A stretch of DNA of 64,000 bases, taken from contig JAGCVI010000021.1 of the NCBI GenBank assembly GCA_017962445.1, positions 3,751-67,750 on the forward strand. The letters are read 5' to 3'. A program made the position numbers and the translations under genes. The notes under the pieces were generated by a model. It was not told the DNA's origin, searched no databases, and worked only from the letters and a program-made list of their open reading frames with translations. This stretch comes from Bacteroidales bacterium (GTDB taxonomy: Bacteria > Bacteroidota > Bacteroidia > Bacteroidales > P3). Positions 45,781 through 54,240 of the stretch are shown piece after piece (the stretch's first letter is position 1; the number at the start of each line of letters is the position of its first letter).

Positions 45781-46605
45781 TTATTGATTGTTGGTGGTGT
45801 TGGCTTTTCTTCTCGGACGACGCGGACGACCGTCTTCGCGGGTTTCGCTCTTCGGCTCTTCTGCGGTCTCGGTAGCTTCTTCAACTTTCTCTTCCTCGAC
45901 GTTGTTCTCTTTGTCAAGCATACGCTCGTTCAGACCTTCCTGTATTGCCTCAATCATATATTTAAGGATAGCGGCAATCGACTTCGAAGCATCATCGTTG
46001 GCAGGAATCGGGAAGTCGATAAGGTCGGGGTTGCAATTGGTGTCGACAAGTGCGAATGTCGGGATGTTGAGTCTGCGTGCCTCGGCAACGGCAATGTGCT
46101 CCTTGTTGATGTCGATGACAAAGAGTGCGCTCGGCAGTCTGGTCAAGTCGGCAATGCTGCCAAGGTTCTTGTCCAGTTTTGCACGCTCACGCTGCACCTG
46201 GAGACGTTCGCGCTTCGAGATGTTGTTGAAATCTTTGTCGTGCATCATCTGGTCAAGCGAGTTCATCTTCTTCACGGCCTTGCGGATGGTGGTGAAGTTG
46301 GTGAGCATACCGCCAGGCCAACGCTCGGTCACGAAAGGCATGTCGACGGTCTTAACCATTTCGGCGACAACGTCTTTTGCCTGTTTCTTCGTGGCAACGA
46401 AAAGCACTTTCTTGCCTGATTTGGCGATTTGTTTCAGAGCTGCTGCGGCCTCGTCAGCTTTGGCGATGGTCTTCTGCAGGTCGATAACGTGGATTCCGTT
46501 GTGCTCCTTGAAGATGTAGGGAGCCATCTTGGGATTCCATTTTCTTTTGAGGTGGCCAAAGTGGCAACCAGCCTCAAGTAATTCTTCGAATTTTAATTCT
46601 GTCAT
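45781..46605 (-). CDS. rpsB: 30S ribosomal protein S2
   Basis: Has LLEAGCHFGH, WPGGMLTN and a basic C-terminal tail. Confidence 0.95.
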   Translation of the reverse strand: MTELKFEELLEAGCHFGHLKRKWNPKMAPYIFKEHNGIHVIDLQKTIAKADEAAAALKQIAKSGKKVLFVATKKQAKDVVAEMVKTVDMPFVTERWPGGMLTNFTTIRKAVKKMNSLDQMMHDKDFNNISKRERLQVQRERAKLDKNLGSIADLTRLPSALFVIDINKEHIAVAEARRLNIPTFALVDTNCNPDLIDFPIPANDDASKSIAAILKYMIEAIQEGLNERMLDKENNVEEEKVEEATETAEEPKSETREDGRPRRPRRKANTTNNQ

Positions 46606-46733
46606 TTTTTTATTTGTTTACGTTCCTTTTTACCAACCGCCAGGTAGTCCTTTGGGTCCGGTTTTCCGGCAGTCCTATGCTGCCAGACTGGCAACCGGAC
46701 GGAGTCCCGGCGATTTGGATACTAAACTGGTTT

Positions 46734-46791
46734 TCAATCTTGAATTGTGAATGTGGAATCTTGAATTCTTCGAATCCAAAACTCTCAATTC
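46734..46791. repeat. degenerate 7-bp tandem array (GAATnnn / AACTCTC units) between rpsI and rpsB
   Basis: Reads caatctt gaattgt gaatgtg gaatctt gaattct (tc) gaatcca aaactct caattca. Confidence 0.6.
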
Positions 46792-46804
46792 ACAGTTATA
46801 AATA

Positions 46805-47194
46805 CTAACGTTTGCTGAACTGGAAGCGCTTACGGGCTTTCGGCTGGCCGGGTTTCTTACGCTCAACCATACGCGGGTCACGCATAAGCAGGCTCTTGCT
46901 CTTCAGTGCAGGACGATCCTCGGCGTTGTTCTCGCAAAGTGCACGGGCGATGGCCATTCTCAGTGCCTCGGCCTGACCGGTGATTCCACCTCCGTCAAGA
47001 TTTGCTTTAACATCCCATTTGCCTTCGGCGTCAACAATCTGGAAAGCCTGGTTCACGATGAACTGCAGCGGACCAGTGGGGAAATATTCCTTATAGTCTC
47101 TCTTGTTGACGATGATTTTACCGGTTCCCGGGGTCATGTATATACGGGCAACAGCGGTCTTTCTTCTTCCTATAGTGTTGATTACTTGCTCCAT
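46805..47194 (-). CDS. rpsI: 30S ribosomal protein S9
   Basis: Has GRRKTAVARI and C-terminal KARKRFQFSKR. Confidence 0.95.
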   Translation of the reverse strand: MEQVINTIGRRKTAVARIYMTPGTGKIIVNKRDYKEYFPTGPLQFIVNQAFQIVDAEGKWDVKANLDGGGITGQAEALRMAIARALCENNAEDRPALKSKSLLMRDPRMVERKKPGQPKARKRFQFSKR

Positions 47195-47199
47195 TGTTA

Positions 47200-47655
47200 T
47201 TATCTTATATCGTTAATATTAATGGCTTTCGGGTTCTGTGCCTGATGCGGATGCTCGTTGCCGGCATACACATAAAGGTTGCGGTACAGGGCGTCGCCAA
47301 GTCTGTTCTTCGGAAGCATTCCGCGGATGGCATGCTCAAGCACGCGCTCGGGATGAGTGGCCAATACCTTTGCAGGTGTGGTCTCTCTCTGTCCGCCAGG
47401 ATAGCCTGTGTAACGCTGGTAGATCTTGTCTGTCATCTTCTTACCCGTGAAGACAATCTTCTCAGCATTGATGATGATAACATTGTCGCCGCAGTCAACA
47501 TGCGGGGTGAAGCAAGGCTTTGTCTTGCCTCTAAGTATGTTGGCAACTCTCGTGGCCAAGCGACCTACGGTCTGACCCTCTGCGTCTACCAACACCCATT
47601 CTTTCTGTACGGTGTTTTTGTTAGCCGATACTGTCTTGTAACTTAATGTACTCAT
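47200..47655 (-). CDS. rplM: 50S ribosomal protein L13
   Basis: Has WVLVDAEGQTVGRLAT..ANILRGK. Confidence 0.95.
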   Translation of the reverse strand: MSTLSYKTVSANKNTVQKEWVLVDAEGQTVGRLATRVANILRGKTKPCFTPHVDCGDNVIIINAEKIVFTGKKMTDKIYQRYTGYPGGQRETTPAKVLATHPERVLEHAIRGMLPKNRLGDALYRNLYVYAGNEHPHQAQNPKAININDIR

Positions 47656-47842
47656 TTTTTTACGATGATGTTCTTAATTTTTTCTTTTTGACCGGAGAAA
47701 AATACCCCGATCCGATTCCTTTTTTCTCATTATTTTAATGTCTGCATTAGGCTGACGGATAACCATAATACAATTACATTAATCTGATTTAGAAGACGTT
47801 GAACGGGTAATAACCTCTCCTAAATTCAGTCCAATGAGGTTG

Positions 47843-47850
47843 CAAAATTA
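47843..47850 (-). promoter_or_regulatory. Bacteroidota-type -7 promoter box (TAATTTTG on the minus strand) for rplM-rpsI
   Basis: The reverse complement of caaaatta is TAATTTTG. This implies a leader of about 185 nt before rplM. Confidence 0.45.
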
Positions 47851-47921
47851 CAACCTTTTTTTATTCCGACAAAATTTATTTGTTGATTTCTTCTAAAAAA
47901 ATGTTGAAAACTTTTAGTGCA

Positions 47922-49124
47922 TCAAACCGTCTTACAGACAAGTCCGGTTTTCTTCGTGCCTACTGTGGTGGCTATCACAAATAGCTCGCCACCCTCTTTC
48001 AGCCCAAGCTGCCGCTGCAGCTCTGCAGCCCCGACAGGATAGTTTCGTGTCACCACGTGTGCCTTTCCGTCGGGTATCGCTGTCGCAATGCTTTTCTTGT
48101 TCAATGCCACTTCGCTAATAACCATGAATTTCCTTCCGAAAAAGTCCATGTTCAGCTCGTCGCTCGTGTACAGGTGGGTGTTTCTCGCCAGCTTCTCCAC
48201 CTTGTACCATTCGCAGATGCTCTTGTACGGCCCGCCTTTCATCACTGATGGGGATGGCTCGTACAGGTATTGTTTTGTTTTCGTGCAGTATATTGCCTCT
48301 GCTTGTGATTCCTTGCTCCTCGTGTATGAAATGCTCTTTTCCTTTCCGTCGGCAATCTCCGCGCAGTGTATGCGGTACCCTTCCTGTTCCTGGCGCAGGT
48401 CGCATATAAACAGGATCTCTTTGCATTCGCCGTTCACCTCTATTATGTGTACGTCACTAACATCGCCAAGTTGCGAGGCGCCCAGTTCGATATCTATCAT
48501 TGGCGAGGCTTTGACTATCAGTGTCTCGCAGCTCGATTTCAGCAATTCTTTGTGTGCTATGATGTTTGGCGTACATGCTTCGAATGCAGAAACCTTCCTG
48601 CCTTGTGTGTCGCGCCTTGCAGGATCGATGAATATAATATTGAAAGGCTGCTTCTTTCCTGCCAACCATTCCATGCTGTCACCACAGTGGATGTCGACGT
48701 TGGTGATGTCCAGGGCTTTGCAGTTGTGCTCCATGAGGCGGCATAGAGCTGAATCTTGTTCCACGTAATCTACTTGGATGGTTTTGTTGCTGGCAAAAGC
48801 CATACTGTCTATTCCCATTCCGCCGGTCAGGTCGGCAATGGTTAGTTGTTTCGAACTGCCGCTGTACAGTTGCATGATGGTGTCGCGCTTGTATATCGCC
48901 GTCGCTTCCGACGAGCTTTGCTCTCTGTTCAGACGCGGAGGGAATAGAAAACAATGGCAATGAGCAAGCGTCGGCCATTTGGTCGACGCTTGCATCACCC
49001 CTTCCATTTGCTGCGCCACCTGTGTCATATCCACGTCGGGATATTTCTTTTTCTGCAGCAGCAGCTTCACTGGGTCCTCGTCCGCATGTTCACGGACAAA
49101 TTCTATGAGCTTTTCAGCATCCAA
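47922..49124 (-). CDS. class I SAM-dependent methyltransferase (THUMP-like C-terminal region)
   Basis: Has ADLTGGMGIDS SAM loop and IIFIDPARR. Confidence 0.65.
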   Translation of the reverse strand: MDAEKLIEFVREHADEDPVKLLLQKKKYPDVDMTQVAQQMEGVMQASTKWPTLAHCHCFLFPPRLNREQSSSEATAIYKRDTIMQLYSGSSKQLTIADLTGGMGIDSMAFASNKTIQVDYVEQDSALCRLMEHNCKALDITNVDIHCGDSMEWLAGKKQPFNIIFIDPARRDTQGRKVSAFEACTPNIIAHKELLKSSCETLIVKASPMIDIELGASQLGDVSDVHIIEVNGECKEILFICDLRQEQEGYRIHCAEIADGKEKSISYTRSKESQAEAIYCTKTKQYLYEPSPSVMKGGPYKSICEWYKVEKLARNTHLYTSDELNMDFFGRKFMVISEVALNKKSIATAIPDGKAHVVTRNYPVGAAELQRQLGLKEGGELFVIATTVGTKKTGLVCKTV

Positions 49125-49178
49125 TTCTTAATTCGTCGTGCAGTATGATGCAACGATTACAGCTCTAAATCTGGAATT

Positions 49179-50069
49179 TTAATACACTCCTTCTTCGTGC
49201 AGTTTCTTCAGTCTTTCAACCACCATTGGGCGGTCTTCTTTGTAGGTCACGCCAAACCACTGGGCTGTGGTCTTCAGTACGCGCATTGTGGCATACCCGC
49301 TGGCAAGGAATGTGTTGACTGCGAATGGGATGTAGTATTCTGATTTCATCTCGGTTCCGCGTTCTTTCAGGAACTCTACGAATAGTTTCTCGCTCTCGGC
49401 AAAGTAGTCGGGCGTAAAGCCGAACAGGTTCATCGACACTGTTGCATCAGCCGGCAGCGGGTGCATGCTTCCGTCGTCGTCTTTATACTCTATGCCGTTG
49501 GCGGTGCGGCCTATACTGGTGCGTTCGGTCATGCCTACCAAGTAGCCTTCGTTGTTCACGTTGCATACTCCGCGGCTCACCGTTCCGTTTTCTGACAGCG
49601 TGTTCTCCAGTTTGTAACCAACCATGCAGTATTTCCCTTTCTGGCCGTCCAGCTCGCGCAGGTAGTCGCCCATCACCTTGAAGGCGTCGCAACCGTAGAA
49701 ATCGTCGGCGTTGATTACTGCAAACGGCTCTTTGATGACATCCTTGGCCATCAGAATGGCGTGGTTGGTTCCCCATGGTTTCTCGCGTCCTTCTGGCACT
49801 TTGAATCCTGCAGGCAGGTTGTCAAGTTCCTGGAAGACATATTCCACGGCTATCTTGTTTCCGAAGTGTTCGGCGTTGATTTTTGCTTTGAACTCGTTCT
49901 CGAAGCTGTGGCGGATTACAAACACCACCTTGCCGAAACCGGCCCTGATGGCGTCGGTAATCGAGTAGTCCATTATAATCTCACCGTTAGGACCTACGCC
50001 GTCCATCTGTTTCAACCCGCCGTAGCGGCTGCCCATACCGGCAGCTAATACTAATAATGTTGGTTTCAT
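49179..50069 (-). CDS. sugar-phosphate nucleotidyltransferase family protein
   Basis: N-terminus reads LAAGMGSRYGGLKQ. Substrate not assignable by eye. Confidence 0.65.
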   Translation of the reverse strand: MKPTLLVLAAGMGSRYGGLKQMDGVGPNGEIIMDYSITDAIRAGFGKVVFVIRHSFENEFKAKINAEHFGNKIAVEYVFQELDNLPAGFKVPEGREKPWGTNHAILMAKDVIKEPFAVINADDFYGCDAFKVMGDYLRELDGQKGKYCMVGYKLENTLSENGTVSRGVCNVNNEGYLVGMTERTSIGRTANGIEYKDDDGSMHPLPADATVSMNLFGFTPDYFAESEKLFVEFLKERGTEMKSEYYIPFAVNTFLASGYATMRVLKTTAQWFGVTYKEDRPMVVERLKKLHEEGVY

Positions 50070-50134
50070 ATTTGTATTTTTTGTTTCTATATATTCGTTT
50101 TGTTAGATTTGGATGTCCTGTTTGAAAATTGGTT

Positions 50135-50581
50135 TTATCTCTTTGCCTTGAAGAACTTCTTCATCAGCTCTTCACTCTCTTCTGCAAGCACTCCTTTCAC
50201 CACCTCTGTCTTGGGGTGGAGCATACCTCGTCCCAGTCGCTCGAAGCCTCTTTTCTCGTCGCTGGCACCATATACGATCCTTCCAATCTGTTCCCATCCT
50301 GCAGCTCCAGCACACATTGCGCAGGGCTCTACGGTGACATACAGCGTGCAGTTGTTCAGGTATTTGCTGCCCAGCGTGTTTGCTGCTGCCGTGAAAGCTA
50401 TCATTTCGGCATGTGCCGTCACGTCGTGCAGTCGCTCTGTGTTGTTGTGTGCCCGCGCTACCACATGCCCGTCGCACACTATCACCGCACCAATCGGTAT
50501 CTCGTCTTCGTCGTAGGCGGCACGGGCCTCACGCAGAGCCTGCTGCATATAGTATTCGTCCTCGTTGTCGAAAATGCTCAT
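50135..50581 (-). CDS. tadA: tRNA adenosine(34) deaminase
   Basis: HAEMIA and PCAMCAGA zinc motifs. 148 aa. Confidence 0.9.
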   Translation of the reverse strand: MSIFDNEDEYYMQQALREARAAYDEDEIPIGAVIVCDGHVVARAHNNTERLHDVTAHAEMIAFTAAANTLGSKYLNNCTLYVTVEPCAMCAGAAGWEQIGRIVYGASDEKRGFERLGRGMLHPKTEVVKGVLAEESEELMKKFFKAKR

Positions 50582-50584
50582 TGC

Positions 50585-51331
50585 TTACTTCTGTATAAAC
50601 AGTTTTTCGTCCTTGGTTACATACTTGTAAGTGTGGAATATCAGCGTTATGTCGCCTCCATACTGGTAGCTCTCGATGCTTGGCAGCAGAGCCTTTCCCA
50701 CGGGTTGGTATTCATGGTAGGCTCTCCAGTCTACATGCTCGTCGTCAAGCACAACCATCCTGTCTGAATGGCTGTCGGTCTCGTCAATCAGAAATAGCAG
50801 TCCGCTTCTTTTGTCGAACATGTAGTAGCGTTCATATCGGTCGGGATTAGTCACAAATATGCGGTATACCTCTTGGTCGTTGAATTTCCATATTCCTTTG
50901 TATTGAAGATGTGTGTTGTCAGTTTTCCATTTGAACAGCGGCCCGTGGAAGTCGTAGCCCCAAAATTCATTGTAGAACGACGACATATTTGCGTCTTCCC
51001 ACCTCTTGTTGCCTTTGCTGTACATCATATACACATCCTTGCCGTTGCAGCTCAAACCTGTAACCATTGTGTCGCTGTGCCACACTTCAGTGCGGTAGTT
51101 GAAAGGTGGTAGGAACCAGCGTTTCATTATTGTCGTGTCGTGCGGATCGCTGCGTTGGTAGATATAACTCTCTATGTATAGCGTGCTGTCGCTCTTGATG
51201 GCATCAAAATTCATCAGCCTTATGTAGTTCTGCACCACCATCTCTGCCGAATCCACTTTGTATTCGTGGTTCTGGCAGCGTCCACCGACATACATCGACA
51301 GCATTATTGCTATGACTATTATTTTTCTCAT
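50585..51331 (-). CDS. hypothetical secreted protein
   Basis: 248 aa with a signal peptide. No motif recognised. Confidence 0.5.
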   Translation of the reverse strand: MRKIIVIAIMLSMYVGGRCQNHEYKVDSAEMVVQNYIRLMNFDAIKSDSTLYIESYIYQRSDPHDTTIMKRWFLPPFNYRTEVWHSDTMVTGLSCNGKDVYMMYSKGNKRWEDANMSSFYNEFWGYDFHGPLFKWKTDNTHLQYKGIWKFNDQEVYRIFVTNPDRYERYYMFDKRSGLLFLIDETDSHSDRMVVLDDEHVDWRAYHEYQPVGKALLPSIESYQYGGDITLIFHTYKYVTKDEKLFIQK

Positions 51332-51428
51332 ATATTCTATCCTTTTTTTTGTTATAACTTTTGTTATAACGTTAAACCGTTATAACGTAATAACGAAACT
51401 CAATCTTCTAAATCCTCTCAATTCTACA

Positions 51429-52211
51429 CTACAGCTCCTTGCATCTCTTCGGAATACTGAAAGGCATGCTTTCTCGTTGGTTTATCGTTATCTTCTCTAG
51501 CGAAAGTTTTGTATTGGTGTCGAAACTCCTGTTCTTCAGGGTTATGCCTATCGTCGCCGGTAGGCGTCGTCCCTCTATGTCCTTTGTGTTGCTGTAGGTG
51601 CACCGTAGCCGTTGGTTCTGCGCAGGACTGTACATCGATGTCGATATCAGCTTCTTGCTCTTGTAGTTCTTTACGAGTGACAGCTCTCGGTCTTTCGATG
51701 TCGCCCCGCTTTTCTGCTTGTATTCCAAATACACTGTGTCGTGGCCTCGTATCGGTTCGGCTTCGCGTTTGCAGTTTGGCGGACAGTTGCCCACCAGCAG
51801 TGCCTCCAGTGTGGCGTAGTCGATGTCTATTCCCCAGCGCCGCGATAGCGTGGCGTAATCGCCGTCGTAATATTTGTTTACCACCTTGGCATAGCCTTTA
51901 ACACGAGTGGGGGTCAGCACTGCACGTCCAAGCTCTATCACCTTGCTGAAACTAACCCATATCATGCTGTCGTGGACTATGCGTATCTGTCCTGTCACTT
52001 TTACGCCCTCGACTGTGCAACTGAAGTTCGCCGAGTAGTATTTGTACCTGGCGTTCATAATGGTGTCCAGCCTTTCGGGTGCTGGTTTCTCTTCCACCAC
52101 GGGCTCCGGTGTCTCGGTTTGCAGCTCCTTGTGCGTGCGGCATCCTACCGTAATCATTATCACGGCAATAGCCATCGTCGCAAAGATTCCTTTTATTTTT
52201 AATAGATACAT
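51429..52211 (-). CDS. putative lipoprotein (DUF4292-like context next to a TPR protein)
   Basis: Signal peptide with ITVGC lipobox. Family call is from memory of Bacteroidales synteny only. Confidence 0.45.
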   Translation of the reverse strand: MYLLKIKGIFATMAIAVIMITVGCRTHKELQTETPEPVVEEKPAPERLDTIMNARYKYYSANFSCTVEGVKVTGQIRIVHDSMIWVSFSKVIELGRAVLTPTRVKGYAKVVNKYYDGDYATLSRRWGIDIDYATLEALLVGNCPPNCKREAEPIRGHDTVYLEYKQKSGATSKDRELSLVKNYKSKKLISTSMYSPAQNQRLRCTYSNTKDIEGRRLPATIGITLKNRSFDTNTKLSLEKITINQRESMPFSIPKRCKEL

Positions 52212-52274
52212 TATGTTTGTATAAAAATCTTCCTGTGAAAAAAAATGTTCGTTGTTTAACTCTCTGCAACTATG

Positions 52275-53987
52275 TTACTTCCCTTTGATTACTTCCTGAT
52301 GCTTCATTATCTCTTCGTCTTCCTCTTTCAGCATCTTGACAGCCGCCTCTATTTGCTTCAAGGCTTCCGTGTCGTTGCCCATCAGGTGGAGGATCCAGGC
52401 ATAGGTGTCGCGGAAGTATGGGTTGTTGGGTTGCGCGTCGATGGTCTGTTTCGACATTGCCAGGGCCTTTTCCAGCTCTTTGTTCTCCATGGCCAGACGA
52501 TAGGCATAGCTGTTCATCGCCCCCATGTCGTTGGGTTGCAGTTTCAAGTATTTCTCGTAGTATTCCAGGCTTCGGACATCGTCCATGCGATTGTAGCATT
52601 CTGCTATCAGGTTGTATGTCTCGGCTTCGAGATATCCGTTGCTGAAGCCCATTTGTTCACATCTCTTGGCTAGGGTGACGGCCTCTTCATATTCCTTGTT
52701 GTCGTATGCCAGCACGCCCTGTATGTAGTATGGCATCGGGTGCAACGGAAACAGGCTGGATGCCCGTAGCGCGTCGCGACGCAGCTGTGCGGTGTCGGAC
52801 TCCGATTGCATCTCGCTTATCAGCAGGGCCTCCCAGACCTCATATTTGCTGCTGTCTACCGTCAATGCCAGCTCGAACTGCTGCGCTGCCTTGGCGTATT
52901 TCTTTTGTCTCATCAGCACATCGCCGTAGAATGCCGCGTACGAGGTGCTGTCGTCGCTCTGTTGCATTATTATGTCAAGCAGTGTGAAGGCGTATTTAGA
53001 GTGTATGCCGTAGAATTCGTCGTTGCTGTAGAAATTTGTCAGCACCTGAAGTTTGTTTTTCGTGCTCAGCTTGTTTTGTGCAAATCCCAGCTTCAGTTCC
53101 TCGTATGCCTTGCGTGGCTGTCCAACGGCTTTGTAGTAGTCTGCTAGCGATATGTGTATGTACTCGTCGTTGGGGTCTGCGGCAAGCACCCTGTCATAGT
53201 ACATCTTGGCCTTGTCGTACTCCTTCATCTTCATGTACGTCTCCGCCAGTGTGCCGTTCAGTTTCACCTCGTTGGGCATGGCCTCTGCAAGTTTCTCTAT
53301 CTCTGCCAATTCTTTGTCTGGGCGTCCTTCGTAGGCCCACAGTTTGGCTTTTTGAAGCGACACTTCTTCGCTTACCCCCACCATTTTCTCCACTCTGTTC
53401 AGTGTCGATATGGCTCCTTTTATGTTGCCGTCGGTGACGTATGCGTTCGAAAGCTCGTAATAGTAGTTCAGCACACTAGGGTTCTCTTTTACAATCTGTT
53501 CCCACACGTCAATGCATTTCTTGTTCTGTCCTGTGTACTGGTATAGTGTGGCCAAGTGGAGTTTGTACCAAACATTGTTCTTTCCGTTTGATATTGCCAT
53601 CTGGGCGTAGTGTATGGCACTGTCTATCATGCCGGACTCGGTCATAAGTATGCTGCTTTCGTAGTATGCGGCATCGTTTTTTGCATCGCGTTGCAGCACT
53701 TTACCGTATAGTGCGCGGGCCTCGTCCTTTCGGCCTGTCTCCTGCTTCATCTTGGCGTCGATCAGCATCGCCTCGGTCAGCAGTTTCTCGTCAGTAGTCG
53801 TCATTGGGGGTCGTCCATTGCGTGCCGCTGCTTGACTTGCCGACTTCCCCGTAGCGGTACGGCTCCCGCCGCACGCCGCAACAGTCAGGGCTGCCACCGC
53901 GACAAGCATCCACATTGTATAATGCACGACCGGCCGTATATGCCTGTAATCTCTTGTCATCAATGTCTGTTTTTCTGTCAAATCCAT
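52275..53987 (-). CDS. tetratricopeptide-repeat protein
   Basis: Multiple 34-aa TPR-like units (A..YY...L......A...). Has an N-terminal signal/lipobox-like AACGG, so the true start may be internal. Confidence 0.7.
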   Translation of the reverse strand: MDLTEKQTLMTRDYRHIRPVVHYTMWMLVAVAALTVAACGGSRTATGKSASQAAARNGRPPMTTTDEKLLTEAMLIDAKMKQETGRKDEARALYGKVLQRDAKNDAAYYESSILMTESGMIDSAIHYAQMAISNGKNNVWYKLHLATLYQYTGQNKKCIDVWEQIVKENPSVLNYYYELSNAYVTDGNIKGAISTLNRVEKMVGVSEEVSLQKAKLWAYEGRPDKELAEIEKLAEAMPNEVKLNGTLAETYMKMKEYDKAKMYYDRVLAADPNDEYIHISLADYYKAVGQPRKAYEELKLGFAQNKLSTKNKLQVLTNFYSNDEFYGIHSKYAFTLLDIIMQQSDDSTSYAAFYGDVLMRQKKYAKAAQQFELALTVDSSKYEVWEALLISEMQSESDTAQLRRDALRASSLFPLHPMPYYIQGVLAYDNKEYEEAVTLAKRCEQMGFSNGYLEAETYNLIAECYNRMDDVRSLEYYEKYLKLQPNDMGAMNSYAYRLAMENKELEKALAMSKQTIDAQPNNPYFRDTYAWILHLMGNDTEALKQIEAAVKMLKEEDEEIMKHQEVIKGK

Positions 53988-54240
53988 ACTCTAATTTCTC
54001 TCTGTCCCCCTTCTTTTCAACCTCTCCTCAATAAAACTCTTTTCCCTCTAATTTAGTATGTTCAAATCAAAAAAAATCTAAAAAAACAAAAATATTTTGC
54101 CAGTACAAGAATTTGTGCTATATTTGCATTCGAATAACCATGTCGCGCATACATTCTTGTGCAACCCTAAGTATGTTGTGTAATAATGTGTTGCGTTTAT
54201 AATTGAATGAAATTTTTTTATTAATCAAAAATCAATTACA

